Shown: in pieces, positions 36,897 to 49,402 of the stretch
How positions within the stretch are numbered: position 1 is the stretch's first letter
How the letters are laid out: every line of letters starts with the position of its first letter
Source: Chrysemys picta bellii
Taxonomy: Eukaryota
Direction of reading: 5' to 3'
Assembly (NCBI RefSeq): GCF_011386835.1
Contig: NC_088791.1
Span: 357,120,001-357,184,000, forward strand
DNA: 64,000 bases
Program-made: the position numbers and the translations under genes
The notes under the pieces: model-generated
Databases searched by the model: none
Seen by the model: the letters and a program-made list of their open reading frames with translations, nothing else
What the model was told of the DNA's origin: nothing

Positions 36897-39520
36897 GGAT
36901 CCCCTCTGTCCATATCCTTGTTGACCCCCTCAAAGTGTTCTAGTAGATTGGTGAGGCATGATTTCCCTTTATAAAACCATGTTGACTCTTCCTCAACAAA
37001 TTATGTTCATCTATATGTCTGACAATATTGTTCTTTATTATAGTTTCAAGCAGTTTGCCCGGTACTGAAGTCAGGTTTACTGGCCTGTAATTGCCGGGAT
37101 CACTTCTGGAGACCTTTTTAAAAATTGGCACCACATTAGCTATCCTCCAGTCATTTGGTACAGAACCTGATTGAAATGATAGGTTACAAACCACAATTAG
37201 CAGTTCTGCAATTTCACATTTGAGTTCCTTCAGAACTCTTGGGTGAATACCATCTGGTCCTGGTGACTTATTGCTGTTTAATATATCAATCTGTTCCAAA
37301 ACCTCCTCTACTGATATCTCTATCAGGGATAGTTCTGCAGATTTGTGACATAAAAAGAAAGGCTCAAGTTTGGGAATCTCCCTCACATCCTCAGTCGTGA
37401 AGACTGATGCGAAGAATTCATTTAGCTTCTCCGTCCTTGATTGCTCTCTTAGCACCTCGATTGTCCAGTGGCCCCATTGGTTGTTTAGCAGCTTCCTGCT
37501 TCTGATGTACTTAAATTTGGTTTTGGTATTACTTTTGAGTCTTTGGCTAACTGTTCCAGAAATTCTTTTTGGCCTTCCTAATTGTGTTTTTCCACTTCAT
37601 TTGCCAGTGTTTATGCTCCTTTCTATTTTCCTCACTAGGATTTAACTTCCACTGTTTAAAGGATGCCTTTTGCCTCTCACTGCTTTTTTTTACTTTGTTC
37701 TTTAGCCACTGTGGCTCTTTTTTGGTTCTCTTACTGTGTTTTTTAATTTGGGGATACATTTAAGTTGAGCCTCTATTATGGTGTCTTTAAAAAGTTTCCA
37801 CACAGCTTGCAGGCATTTCACTTTTGGAACTGTGCCTTTTAATTTCAGTTTAACTAACCTCCTCATTTTTGCATAGTTCCCCTTTCTGATATTAAATGCT
37901 ACAGTGTTGGGCTGCTGTGGTGTTTTTCCTGCCACACGGATATTAAATTTAATTATATTATGGTCACAATTACCAAGTGGTCCAGCTATATTCACCTCTT
38001 GTACCACATCCTGTGCTCCACTAAGGACTAAATCAAGAATTGCCTCTCCTCTGGTGGGTTCCAGGACTAGCTGCTCCAAGAACTAGTCATTTAAGGTGTC
38101 AAGAAACTTTATCTCTGCATCCCGTCCTGAGGTGATATGTACCCAGTCAATATGGGGATAGTTGAAATCCCCCATTATTATTGATTTTTTTATTTTAATA
38201 GCCTCTCTAATCTCCCTGAGCATTTCACAGTCACTATCACCATCCTGGTCAGGTGGTTGGTAATATATCCCTTCCGCTATATTCTTACTATTAGAGCATG
38301 GAATTACTACCCATAGAGATTCTATGGTACAGTTTGATTCATTTAAGATTTTTACTTCATTTGACTCTAGGCTTTGTTTCACATATAGCGCCACTCCCCC
38401 ACCAGCACGACCTGTTCTGTCTATATTCTGTACCCTGGCATTATTATTATTATCCTCATTCCACCAAGTTTCTGTGATGCCTATTATATCAATATCCTCA
38501 TTTAACACGAGGCACTCTAGCTCACTGATATTATTATTTAGACTTCTAGCATTGGTATATAAGCACTTTAAAAACATGTCTCCTTTTAGCTGTCTGCCAT
38601 TACACCATGTAATTGTATGGGACTCTTTTTTATTGACTGTTTCTGATCAGACCCTGCCTGTATTTTATCATCTTCCATCCTCTGGTCCTCACTAGGATAG
38701 AGAGAATCTCCATTAACAGATCCTCCCCTAAACGATGTCACTGTCTGAATCACGTGCTCCTTCGCACCTGTCGGCTTTGCCCCAGCCCTTAGTTTAAAAA
38801 CTACTCTACAACCTTGTTAATGTTAAGTGCCAGCCATCTGATTCTGTTTTGGTTTAGGTGGAGCCCATCCTTCCTGTGCAGGCTCCTCCTTTCCCAAAAG
38901 TTTCCCCAGGTTGTAATAAATCTAAACCCCTCCTCCCTACACCATCGTGTCATCCACACATTGAGACCCTGGAGTTCTCATCTACGTACCTCTCTGTCTC
39001 TCTTAGCTCCTCCAGTTCAGCCACTCTGGTCTCCAAAGCCCGTACGCAGCCTCTGAGGGCCAGGAGCTCCTTGCACCAAATGCACACATATGCCACCCGC
39101 CCATAGGGCAGGTGATCATACATGCTGCCTTGGGTGCAATAAACTGGGTAGCCCCCACTCTGTTGCTGGACTTCTGCCTGAATTCTCTTTTTACTGTTGC
39201 AGCTGGTTCCATTATTGTTTGGTTTATATCAAGGGGGTGGTTTTGGCTTTTAAGTTTAAAGAATGTTGAGTTCTCTCCCCTGCTCACACTCCCCCTCTAA
39301 ACTCCCTCACCAAACTCCCCGTTAGCCGCTGCTGTTTGTAGCTCTTCTGGTCGCTTGGGAGCTGGCTTTTTAAAGCCCTGGTCTCCCTGAGTAGCCCCGC
39401 CCCTGGTTAAGGGTTGATGGTGCTAAAAGGCTTAGGGATCGCAGCCTCGTTAAGAAGCTCTCAGCGCTCAGCCGTGCCTAGCAGGCCGCTAAGCTCAGCA
39501 CACACATGGTCAGAACACAG
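36897..39520 (-). mobile_element. CR1 LINE retaining its 5' region, ORF1 remnants and the endonuclease but lacking the 3' half
   Basis: ORF pieces 38083-38577 (KCLYTNARSL, ITETWW, MGDFNYPHI), 37702-38079 and 36940-37455 (KSPGPDGIHP, GNYRPVNLTS, QHGF). No RT C-terminus or tail is present. Confidence 0.85.
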
Positions 39521-42500
39521 TCCCCCAAACCAAAATCTGCTCTGCTGTAGTTTGAACCCATTGACTCTTGTCTCACCCACTGTGGTAAGACAGAACAACT
39601 TTTCTCCATCTTTTTATGGCAGCCTTTCAAATAGCTGAAGACTGCGGCCATGTCCCCATTCAAGCTTGTCTTTTCCAGATATATTCAGTTCCTTCAGCCT
39701 TTACTCGGATGGTTTGTATTCCATCCCTTGGATCCTCCTTGTCTCTCAACTCTGGATCCTTTCCAGTTCCTCTACATCCTTCCTATACACTGGTGACCCA
39801 AACTGGTCACAATGCTCCAGCTGAGGCCTAACCAGTGCTGAGTAGAGGAATACTATCACCTCCGGAGACTTGCATGCTCTGCCTTTGTTCATGCAACCCA
39901 CAACTGCGTTTTCTTCCTGTGCAATAGCAAAAAAATCCACATTCCTGAAAGTTGTCGGTGTATCAACTTAACCCCTGTGTAGACAGCATGAGGTCGATGG
40001 AAGAATTCTTCCATTGACCTAGTTACCACCTCTTGAGGAGGTGAGCTACCTACGCGGATGGGAGAACCCTTTTATCGGTGTAAATAGTGTCTACGCTGAA
40101 ACGTTCTGGCAGTGCTGCTGTAGAGTTTTGAGTGTAGAAAAGCCCTCAAGCAGATCTTCCAGGAAAGCATCCAGTCTGCATCTGCCGACAGGGGGAGTTG
40201 GAGAATCCACCACTTCCTTTCGCAGTTTGTTCCAAAGGTTAATCGCCCTCAGGACTAAACATTTGGCCCTTATTTCCAGGTGGAATTTGTCTGTCTTCAG
40301 CTTCCAGCCATTGGGTCTTGCTCTGCCTTTCTCCGCTTTACCAATGCTTCTCACCCTATGAAAGTCTCCGCTTGATCATTTTTTAAATACGTTAAATATC
40401 TGATGCCCTTAAGTTTCTCACTGTCTGACATTTTCTCCAGCCTCAAATAATTTTTGTGGCTTTTTTCTGCACCCTCTTCAATTTTTCAACAGCCTTTTTG
40501 AAATGTGGACTACAGAACTGGTCGCAGTCGGTTTCACCAATGCCATGTGCAGAGGCAAAATCCTTCCCCTGCTCCAACTCACCACTCCCCTGTTTATGCA
40601 TCCAAGGATCACATCAGCCCTTTTGGCCACAGCATCTCACTGGGAGCTCACGATGAGTTGATTGTCCACAATGACCCCTAAAGCCTTTTCAGGGACCCTG
40701 CGTTCCATAATACAGTGCCCTAGTCTATGGATCCGGCCTGCATTCCCTCTTCTGAGACAATAACTTTTCATGTGACTGTATTAAAATGTTTTGTTTGTAT
40801 GGGCCTATGCTCCCGATCAATCAATGTGCCTGCCCTGGCTTCCTCATTGTAACCAGTGATTTTCTATTTCCTTCCAGATCATTGATGAAAATATTGAATA
40901 GCATCGGGACAAGAACTGATGCCTTCAGAATCCCACTAGAAACACCCCCATTCACCCCCTTGACAACTGATATCTGAGATCTGTCAGTTAGCCAGTTTTT
41001 AATCCACTTTACATGTGCTCTAATGATATTGTAGACTGTTCGTTTTTTATATGAATGTTTTCCCCTACTGAATACAATGTCTCTGAGAAATTGAAGTTTC
41101 TTGCATCTGCGAAGTACCGTTGACCAATCAAACGTGCACTTTCTTTATAGGATGAAATCAGTTTGATTTGACAAGACCTGTTTCCCATAAACCATGTTTT
41201 TACTGGAATTAAGTATATTCCTAGACTTTTTTTAAACTAATCCCATACCAGCTTTTCCATTGTTTCCTAAACTTGAGAAATCTTTTAAATTTCCCATTTA
41301 ACACAGAACTCTCCTGTATTTGCCTTTTTTTTTTTTTTTTTTTGGCTCTGCTGCTGACAGATTGTGTACTTCCACTTCCGACGAGGATGTGTGGTTGATT
41401 GGTCAGTTCGTTACTCTGGTGTTTGTAACTCTAAGGTTCTACTCTAGATGCTGTTTAACATTCTCCTTGGCAGCTAATGGACTGGGCAGTATTTCATCAC
41501 TTCATGTGATATGAGTACCTCATACTGCTTCTTCCCAAATGCAGAACAAAACTATTTCTTCAACACATCCATGTTTTCTGATTTGAGAGCCAAAGAAGTT
41601 TCCTTTCTCCCTCTAGTAATTGCCCTAAACCTTTTCTAGGATTTCTTTCCTTCTTAATATACCTAATAACCTCCTTTTTGTTATTCTTAGCCCCACCAAG
41701 CATGGAGTTTTCCATTTTAACATCCCTTTAACATCCCTCATCAATTTTCATAACTTCCAATTTGTATAGATTGCTTTTACCCACATAATTCCTGCCTTAA
41801 CTTTGCCACTGAATCAGGTTTTTAGCCAAAGTTCTCCACTTCCTTGAGTGTGGAATCGTGACTTTTAAGCTATCCAATAAACTCTTCTTAAAGAACTCCC
41901 AAGTATCAGTCCCATATTTATGTCTAATATTTTCCTCCCAATCAGTTTTCTTGATAATTTTCTTCTGTTTGGGGAATTAGCCCTTTTGAAGCACTAAGTA
42001 TCTATAGATATTACTGGTTGTGAACTGTTCTCTGTTTGTCCAATTGAATGTAATCAGTTCTATTCTTTATATTCCTCTCCTCTATTATGTGCCTCCTTCT
42101 TTGTGTCTTCTCTAAACTAAACAGTCCCAGACGTATCAGTTTGTCCATATATGGCAGCCCTCCCCATTCTCAGAGCTTGTCTCAGAAATCCTATTTATAA
42201 TGCTGTATCCTTTATAGAGACTGGATGACCAAAACAGAACATATATCCAGAGCAGGTTATTCTCCATCCCATTTCCTAGGTATCCAAACATTGTCTTTGA
42301 TTTGGCCACTACTGCAAATGAGTATGTGTTTTGTTGACTTGCTATCATTGACACCCAGGTCTTTTCCCTGAGGTGTGTTCTAGTTGGGACGTTTCTCCCT
42401 GGCACATGTCTTGCCAAAGGTTTGGGTTTTTACAATCTCAGATTTTGAGCAACCGGGTGAATGGGGAACTCCCTACAGCATGGACTCTCTAGCCTGGCTT

Positions 42501-42767
42501 TCATTGCATTAAGGAATAATGATGGATAACCAGTATCCATACTCGTGTTTCCTGCTGGTGCCTCTTAAGGTGTCCCACATCACAACATGTAGAATTATTG
42601 ATGCATGGAGCACCATCAAATATGGAATTGGCATTAGTAGGGCCAGTTGTTAATAAGTAATTTCTCTGAATAATGAAAATGTCATTGTTCAGTGTGTGAA
42701 GAGCGACCAATCTGCTTCACCCATGAGAACAGCTTCCAGTAGTGCATGTAGTGTCTCATATTAACAT

Positions 42768-42782
42768 TGTCTCTCCATCCAG
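42768..42782 (+). promoter_or_regulatory. Candidate 3' splice acceptor of the OR coding exon (unit C; conserved in all four units)
   Basis: TTGTCTCTCCATCCAG|G. Equivalents: A TTGTCTCTCCATCAG (AG at 129-130), B TTGTCTCTTCATCCAG, D TTGTCTCTCCATGCAG (AG at 62866-62867). Confidence 0.55.
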
Positions 42783-42900
42783 GCATTTGTACTGCAACCA
42801 TCACCCTAGAGCCTGGGCACATACAGGAAGTCAGTGGAAAGTACGGTACATGCAGGAGACACCGTTCTGCCTTAGAGTTGGACACCTTCTTCCCTACTCC

Positions 42901-43848
42901 ATGTCTGATTCCAACACAACCAACTTCACCAACCCCTCCACCTTCATCCTGCTGGGTATTCCTGGCCTGGAGGCGGCCCATGTCTGGATCTCCATCCCCT
43001 TCTGCACTATGTATGCCATAGCCATCTTGGGGAACTTCACCATCCTGTTCATTGTGAAGAGGGAGCCGAGCCTCCATGGGCCCATGTACTATTTCCTCTG
43101 CATGCTGGCCTTCAGTGACCTGGTCCTATCTACATCCACCCTGCCCAAAACTCTGAGCATCTTCTGGTTCAATTCCAGGGAGATCAATTTCAATGCCTGC
43201 CTCACCCAGATGTATTTCATTCCCTGCTTCTCAGTGATAGAGTCTGGGATCCTTGTGGCCATGGCTTTTGATCGCTATGTGGCCATCTGCGATCCCCTGA
43301 GACATTCCACCATCCTGACAAACCCCGTAGTGGCCAAAATTGCCCTGTCCGTGGTGCTGCGTGGTGGCATGCTTGTACTGCCATATCCCTTCCTGGCAAG
43401 TCGGTGGCCATATTGTAGAACTATAATTATCCCCCACTCATACTGTGAGCACATGGCCGTGGTGAAGCTGGCCTGTGCTGACATCCACGTCAGTAGTTAC
43501 TACGGCCTCTTTGTGGCATTCATGGTGACGGGTCTGGATGTGTTTTTTATTGCCGTGTCCTATATTCAGATCCTCAGAGCCATCTTCAGCCTCCCCACAA
43601 AGGATGCCCAGCTCAAGACTTTTGGTACCTGCGGCTCCCACCTCTTTGTCATTTTAGCATCTTACATCCCAGCTCTCTTCTCCTTTGTCACGCACCGGTT
43701 TGGCCACAATGTGGCTGTACATTTCCACATTATCATGGCCAACGTGTACTTGCTCGTGCCCCCCATGCTGTACCCCATCATCGATGGGGTGAGAACCAAA
43801 CAGATCTGGGACAGGCTGCTCCACCTACTTACTTATAAAGGGACCTAA
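42901..43848 (+). CDS. Class I olfactory receptor, OR52-like (unit C), 315 aa; open ORF but the NPxxY motif is altered
   Basis: LHGPMYYFL, MAFDRYVAIC, HSYCEHMAVVKLAC, TCGSHL, HRFG. TM7 reads PMLYPIIDG instead of PMLNPIIYG. Confidence 0.9.
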   Translation: MSDSNTTNFTNPSTFILLGIPGLEAAHVWISIPFCTMYAIAILGNFTILFIVKREPSLHGPMYYFLCMLAFSDLVLSTSTLPKTLSIFWFNSREINFNACLTQMYFIPCFSVIESGILVAMAFDRYVAICDPLRHSTILTNPVVAKIALSVVLRGGMLVLPYPFLASRWPYCRTIIIPHSYCEHMAVVKLACADIHVSSYYGLFVAFMVTGLDVFFIAVSYIQILRAIFSLPTKDAQLKTFGTCGSHLFVILASYIPALFSFVTHRFGHNVAVHFHIIMANVYLLVPPMLYPIIDGVRTKQIWDRLLHLLTYKGT

Positions 43849-44370
43849 CGTTTTCTCCTGGTGCTCTGGCTCTCAGACCGAGCTCCGTGCAGAGCTGGCT
43901 GGTGACATGGTGCTGGGCCATCATCCCTGAATCACTTACCGGATAGTCAAAAAGACATTAAATCCTTTCCTGACCTTAGTGTGCTGTGTCACCATGACAA
44001 ACTGGGAATAGGTCTATGGACAATTTAGTGGGTTGCCACATCTCTAATTGTTTGTATCTGGACCCCCAAAACCCTACCTCTTGCCCCACCTCTTCTGCCA
44101 AGGCTCTGCCCCTGCTTTATATCTTCGCCCCCAAGGCCCCGCCCTGTCGCTTGCTCCTTTATTCCCCTCCCCCAGTCACTTGCTGGATCATTTCCAGCTC
44201 CCTCCCTCACCCCGGTTACAAGGAAACCATTTCAGATTTTGGTGGGGGTGGCAACTTCAACTGTGATTCCAAGGGCTACCTAGGGTCTTGAAAACTCTAG
44301 TTTTTTTGGCAGATAACTTAGCAATTAGCTGACAGGAGCACTGTATCTAATTCTGATATAAAAGAAAGAA

Positions 44371-44376
44371 AATAAA
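44371..44376 (+). terminator. Candidate polyadenylation signal of OR C (mirror copy for OR B at 21734-21739)
   Basis: AATAAA lies ~520 nt after the stop codon at the equivalent position in both paralogues. No transcript evidence. Confidence 0.35.
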
Positions 44377-45233
44377 ATAAATATTAGATCCACTCAGCTC
44401 TAATACTAACATGTTCTGACATCTTGTGCCCAGTCACTTAAGGGACACCGGTTAGGATTAACATATTAATGTATATTCTTACTTTGTTACTAATTCTGCG
44501 GAGAGAGAGACCCCATGAAGACTCCTGGGTTCTAGCTCAGCTCTGGGAGGGGAGTGGGATCTAGTGTGTTACAGCGCAGAGGGTGGAGATACATCTAGGG
44601 TCTCTATAAAAAACATCAGAATGGCCATACTGGGTCAGACCAATGGTGCATCTAGCCCAGTATCTGGTCTTCCGACCGTGGCCAATGCCAGGTGCCCCAG
44701 ACTGAATGAACAGAACAGGTAATCATCAAGGGATCCATCCCCTGACGCCCATTCCCAGCATCTGGAAAACAGAGGTTAGAGACACCATCCCTGCCCATCC
44801 TGGATGATAGCTATTGATTGACCTATTCTGCATGAATGTATCCAGTTCTTATTGGAACCATGTTATAGTTATGGCCCTCACAACTTCCCCTGGCAAAGAG
44901 TTCCACAGGTTGACTATGAAGAAATACTTCCTTTTGTTTGTTTTAAATCTGCTGCTGACTAATTCTATTGGGTGACCCTTAGTTTGTGTGTTATGAGAAA
45001 AAGTAAATAATACTTCCTTCTTTTCTTTCTCCACACCAGTCATGATTTTATAGACCTCTGTCATATCCCCCTGTGATGTTATGAGTGTAATATAATATCT
45101 CATTGAAAGGTGACCAGGCTAGAAAGAATAAATTACTTCGCAGGCTGACCTGACCCATGGCTGAACTTCAGAGGCTGGTTAGGAAGATCTGTAAATGAAT
45201 AGAGCTTTGAAATTCAGCCGGCATTGTTAGAGG

Positions 45234-45659
45234 TAGACTCATAGACTCATAGACTTTAAGGTCAGAAGGGACCATTATGATCATCTGGTCTGACCCCCTG
45301 CATGCTGCAGGCCACAAAACCGTCCCTACCCCTTCCCTGGACTCTGCTGTTGAAGTCCCCAATCCTGTGTTTTAGTGACTTCAATCGGCAGAGACCCTCC
45401 TGCTAGTGATCCCTGCCCCATGCTGCGGAGGAAGGCGAAAAACCTCCAGGGCCTCAGCCAATCTATCCTGGAGGAAAATTCCTTCCCAACCCCAAATATG
45501 GCGATCAGTAAGACCCCGAGCATGTAGGCAAGAGTCTCCAGCCTGACCCCTGTTAGCCATTATACTATTTATCTACCATTGCTTGGTATTCCTTGGCTAA
45601 TATGTTTTACCATTAAACCATTCCCTCCATAAACTTATCTAACTTAATCTTAAAACCAG
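45234..45659 (-). mobile_element. CR1 3' fragment (long-3'UTR subfamily)
   Basis: Tail TAGACTCATAGACTCATAGACTTTAAGGTCAGAAGGGACC; related to 153-629. Confidence 0.8.
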
Positions 45660-45722
45660 TAGAAGGGTAGGTGTTTGCTCAGGTCTTGTGATGTAAGCAA
45701 ACAAGTCTTGTCTATTGCTATA

Positions 45723-46947
45723 TGTAAGCGGGGGAATGGTCCCGCTATTGTGGGGAACTTTCCTGGCTTCTGCACTACCCCGGTGAAGTGGGCTAGCGAA
45801 AGGATCTGAGTCCTCGCTCCCACTTCCTTTACCCAGAGGCCTCCCTGCCCTTGAGGGCTCCTCTTCCATTCTCCTGTCTGGCAGAGTCCTCGTAACCCCG
45901 ACAAGGCTGGGCCCAGGATTCCTGGGGGGCTCGACCCCCAACCCTGCTGTGGTCACCCAGGAGAGGGGCTAGGGTGTCCCCACTCTGGGGTATCTCTCTG
46001 CACTGGGCACCTCCCTGACCCACTGATCATTTCATACAATTTAAAGCAAATACAAGTTGTTTAATTAACAATTAATTTTAAAAAAGAGAATAAGGAAAAA
46101 TGGGAAAGGTTAAAGGAAAACACATCACCCCACTCTGTGGCCGGGAACATCACAACCAGTGTCTGGAACGTCAGGGCAGGTCACAGTCTGTGCCTTGTAG
46201 GTCCCAGGCTCCTTCTCAGGCCCTGGCCGTGCTGCAGAGACGCTGCGGGTCGGACACTTGCTCTGGCGGTGGCCACACGCTCTCAGGCTCTAGGTGGCAG
46301 GACCCTTTTTCCCAGCGTCGCCCCCGCCCGGTCGGGGTTACGATCCCCCTCCAAGTCTGGCCTGCAAGGCCTCTTGGCTGAGGTGTCTCCCTGTGCTGGG
46401 CCCACTGCCCAGGGTCCCCCTCCCCCGCTCTCCCCAGCTGCTCACCGCACCCGGCTCCGGACAGCTCCAGCCCCAGCTCCAGCCCCAGCTCCAGCCCCAG
46501 CCCCACTCGGCCTCAGCACGGCTGCTGCTGCTGCTCTGCCCCCAGCTCCCTGGGCTGCTTGTCTGGCCCCTCTGGCTCTGGTTGCTGCAGCTCTGCCCCC
46601 AGGGCAGCTCTGCTCTCTCTGGGCCGTGCTCTGGCTTTGGGGCTGCAGCTCTGCTCCCAGCAGCTCAGCTCGGGCCCCTGCTCTCCCCTTAGCTCGGCCC
46701 CACCCTGTCTGACCCAGGCCATTCCAGCTCACCCGGAGGACGGGACCCCCTCTGGCCTCCTGACTCCCTGATTAGCTGCCTGCCCTGTCAATCAGGCTTA
46801 TCTGGAGCATTGGCCTCCCCCCATTGTTCCTGGGGACTGTCAGTCTCAGGGTCCTGATTTGCCATTGACCCTCCTCCTTTTAGTGCTGGGAGCTAGCAAC
46901 CAAAACACCCCACTGAGTGTGAGTAAGGGGGCAACAGTCCCCTTACA
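45723..46947. mobile_element. Solo LTR (1225 bp), Gypsy-like
   Basis: Termini TGTAAG...CTTACA and a 4-bp TSD TATA within the palindromic target GCTATAGC. Confidence 0.85.
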
Positions 46948-47754
46948 TATAGCTTTGATTCAAAGATCAAAAAAAGGAGTATTAACATTTAGAAAGATAC
47001 TTGAGTGAAATAGTATTATTGTCTATATGTCTCTTTGAAGGTTGTGGTAACTTGTTTAATGGGTAAATTACCCGGTGCTAATTGCCATGATGTTTGGGAG
47101 AAGGAGAGTTAAGCCTATTGTTTTCTCAGGCCAAAAGGCTGCAGGAAATGTATAAAAACCCTGGGACATGATCCTTCTTCATCTCAGATCTGCTTTGGGT
47201 TTCAAGAGGGGGAAACCTTAAGCCACAAGGATTCAGATCCCAGTCACTGACTGGAGTCACCCTGAATATGGACATTGGACTATAACCTCTGGACTATTTC
47301 TAAAAGGAGTTTTGGCAACTACAAGCTCATCTCTGCTATGTATCTGAACCTCAAGAATTGAATTCAAGTCTGTCTGTATATTGATCTTTTAACCAACACT
47401 CTCTCTCTTTTCTTTTTTAATAAATTTTAGTTTAGTTAACAAGAATTGTCTATAAGCATGTATTTTGAGTAAGATCTACGTTATCATTGGACCTGGGTCT
47501 GGGGCTTGGTCCTTTGGCATCAGGAGAACCTTTTCTTTTATATGATGAGATAAGATTTTCAGAATTTATCATCATATGTCTGACAGGTGTGTCTGGATGG
47601 AGGCCTGAGGCTGGGCACTTCAAGGGAACTGCGTTGTTTGGACTTCTAAGCAACCAGTGAGGTACTATAGAAGCTGTTTTGTGCTGGTTTGGTAAATCTA
47701 AGTACTGGAATATCCACCATCATTTGGGGTTTGTTTGCCCCATTGTGTTTGCAG

Positions 47755-47937
47755 GGGGGGAGGGATAGCTCAGTGGTTTGAGCATTGGCCTGCTAAACTT
47801 AGTATTGTGAGCTTAATCCTTGAGGGGGCCATTTAGGGATCGGGGGGGGGGAATAGTTGGGGATTGGTCCTGCTTTGAGCAGGGGGTTGGACTAGATGAT
47901 CTCCTGAAGTCCCTTCCAACCCTGATATTCTATGATT
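47755..47937 (+). mobile_element. tRNA-derived SINE with a CR1 3' tail (tortoise Pol III/SINE type)
   Basis: A-box TAGCTCAGTGG (47766-47776) and a degenerate B-box. The 3' ~75 nt are almost identical to the tail of the CR1 at 12003-12090. Confidence 0.88.
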
Positions 47938-49007
47938 TACCCTGATTGAGTGACCTCAGCTGGCTCCCACAGGCAGCAGCAGCATCACACACACCCTTAG
48001 GTGTCTCTTTTCCAAGCTGAAAAGTCCCAGTCTTATTAATCTCTGCTCATATAAAGCTGTTCCATACCCCTAATCCTTTCTGTTGCCCTTCTCTGTACCT
48101 TTTCCAATCCCAGTATATCTTTTTTGAGATCGGGTGACCAAATCTGCACATAGTATTCACAATGTGGGCATACCGTGGATTTATATAGAGGTAATATGAT
48201 ATTTTCTGTCTTATTATCTATCCCTTTCCTTATGATTCCCAACATTCTGTTCATTTGTCTGATTGTCACTGCACATCGAGCAGATGTTTTAACCCTATTA
48301 ACTCACATTAGATTGTATGGACTGTGAGTATCCTTATATCTTTGGGCTTTTCCTGAACTCTTCGCTCATCCTCCTTGTAGTAAGGGGCAGGAGGCTGGGG
48401 CAGAGGCATCTGTCTATAAATAGGCTGCTCATTAATAACTATCAGCCCTAACGAGATCTCGTCTGGACAGAGGAAGGGAGTAAATGCATTCTAGGTAAAC
48501 CCCTCAGTTTTCTCCAGCTTCTCTGTGGACTGGTGGGCATGGAAGGAATGTAACCTCCCAGAAGAGAGAACAGAGAGAGGAGGAGTTGGTCCATCCCTTT
48601 AAAAACACAGAGACTGGATGAGTCAGAAGAAGCTCTGCCAGGAGAGAGGCACAAGGGCGGCAGAGGGGGCTCTGTGGTTGCAGGGCCATGGCTGCAGCAG
48701 AGAGACAGACTCAAGCTGGAAGAGAAGCCATGAATTGCAGGAGATGGTCCCTAGACACCCTGGAGGGCTCTGACCAAATCCCAAAGTGTGTTCCAGGATG
48801 GTGAGGACAAATTAATGCACACTGGAAAACAATCCCAACTATACATATGAAATCATGGAGTCTAAATTAGCTGTTACCACTCAAGAAAGAGATCTTGGAG
48901 TCATTGTGGATAGATCTCTGAAAACATCCACTCAGTGTGCAGTGGCAGTCAAAAAAGATTCAAAACCCCTGCAGAGCCACAGTGAATTCTTGAAGAGAAG
49001 AACTCCA

Positions 49008-49402
49008 TGTGACGTTGCATTCCATATGTTTATGGAAATATGTTTGTGAGTTTAAATATAATGTAACTGGAATATGCTTTATGCAAAAGGTCTCTTGTAA
49101 TATATCATTACAAAGCTTATAATCTACTGAATGTGTTCATCCTATTTGTATGAATGTATCATTCTCGTATCTGAAGCTAGAAATATGAAGTATTGCTCTG
49201 AAGTCCTATTGTAACTATACAAAGTGTGGGGTGTTAATGGTGGCTTGGAATCTTGATGGTTCCCATTAACTAGGACAATTGGTTGTGAATGGCTCTGTTT
49301 ACTTGCAAACCTTCCTGGTTACGAGCAGGCCAGCTCTAAAATAATGGAAAATGAGATCTTACAGTGACATGTAATCATGTCACCTGGTACTGGAATCCAG
49401 AT
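49008..49402 (+). mobile_element. LTR 5' fragment
   Basis: Starts TGTGACGTTGCA, with AT-rich U3-like sequence similar in style to the other LTRs. The 3' end was not found. Confidence 0.5.

Larger units (their letters stand above)
45072..47989 (+). mobile_element. Solo LTR carrying three younger insertions
   Basis: Termini TGTGATG...CATCACA, AATAAA at 47419, interior similar to the LTR at 11770-16618. No clean TSD. Confidence 0.75.
44612..48290 (-). mobile_element. CR1 3' fragment split by an LTR (pieces ~44612-45071 and ~47994-48290)
   Basis: Joining ...TCATATCCCCC to CTTAGGTGTCTCTTTTCCAAGCTGAAAAG restores the sequence seen uninterrupted at ~10120-10160. Confidence 0.8.

Noticed and set aside
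42742-42849. Longer 368-aa version of OR C starting at 42742
   Set aside because: This ATG lies upstream of the conserved candidate splice acceptor (42782), and the frame is not preserved in the other units.
46137-46771. Overlapping Pro/Ala-rich ORFs over (CCCCAGCTCCAG)n
   Set aside because: Low-complexity GC-rich interior of a solo LTR; open frames arise from stop-codon scarcity.
47755-47830. tRNA-like sequence
   Set aside because: Degenerate B-box, no proper cloverleaf, and fused to a CR1 tail: a SINE head, not a tRNA gene.
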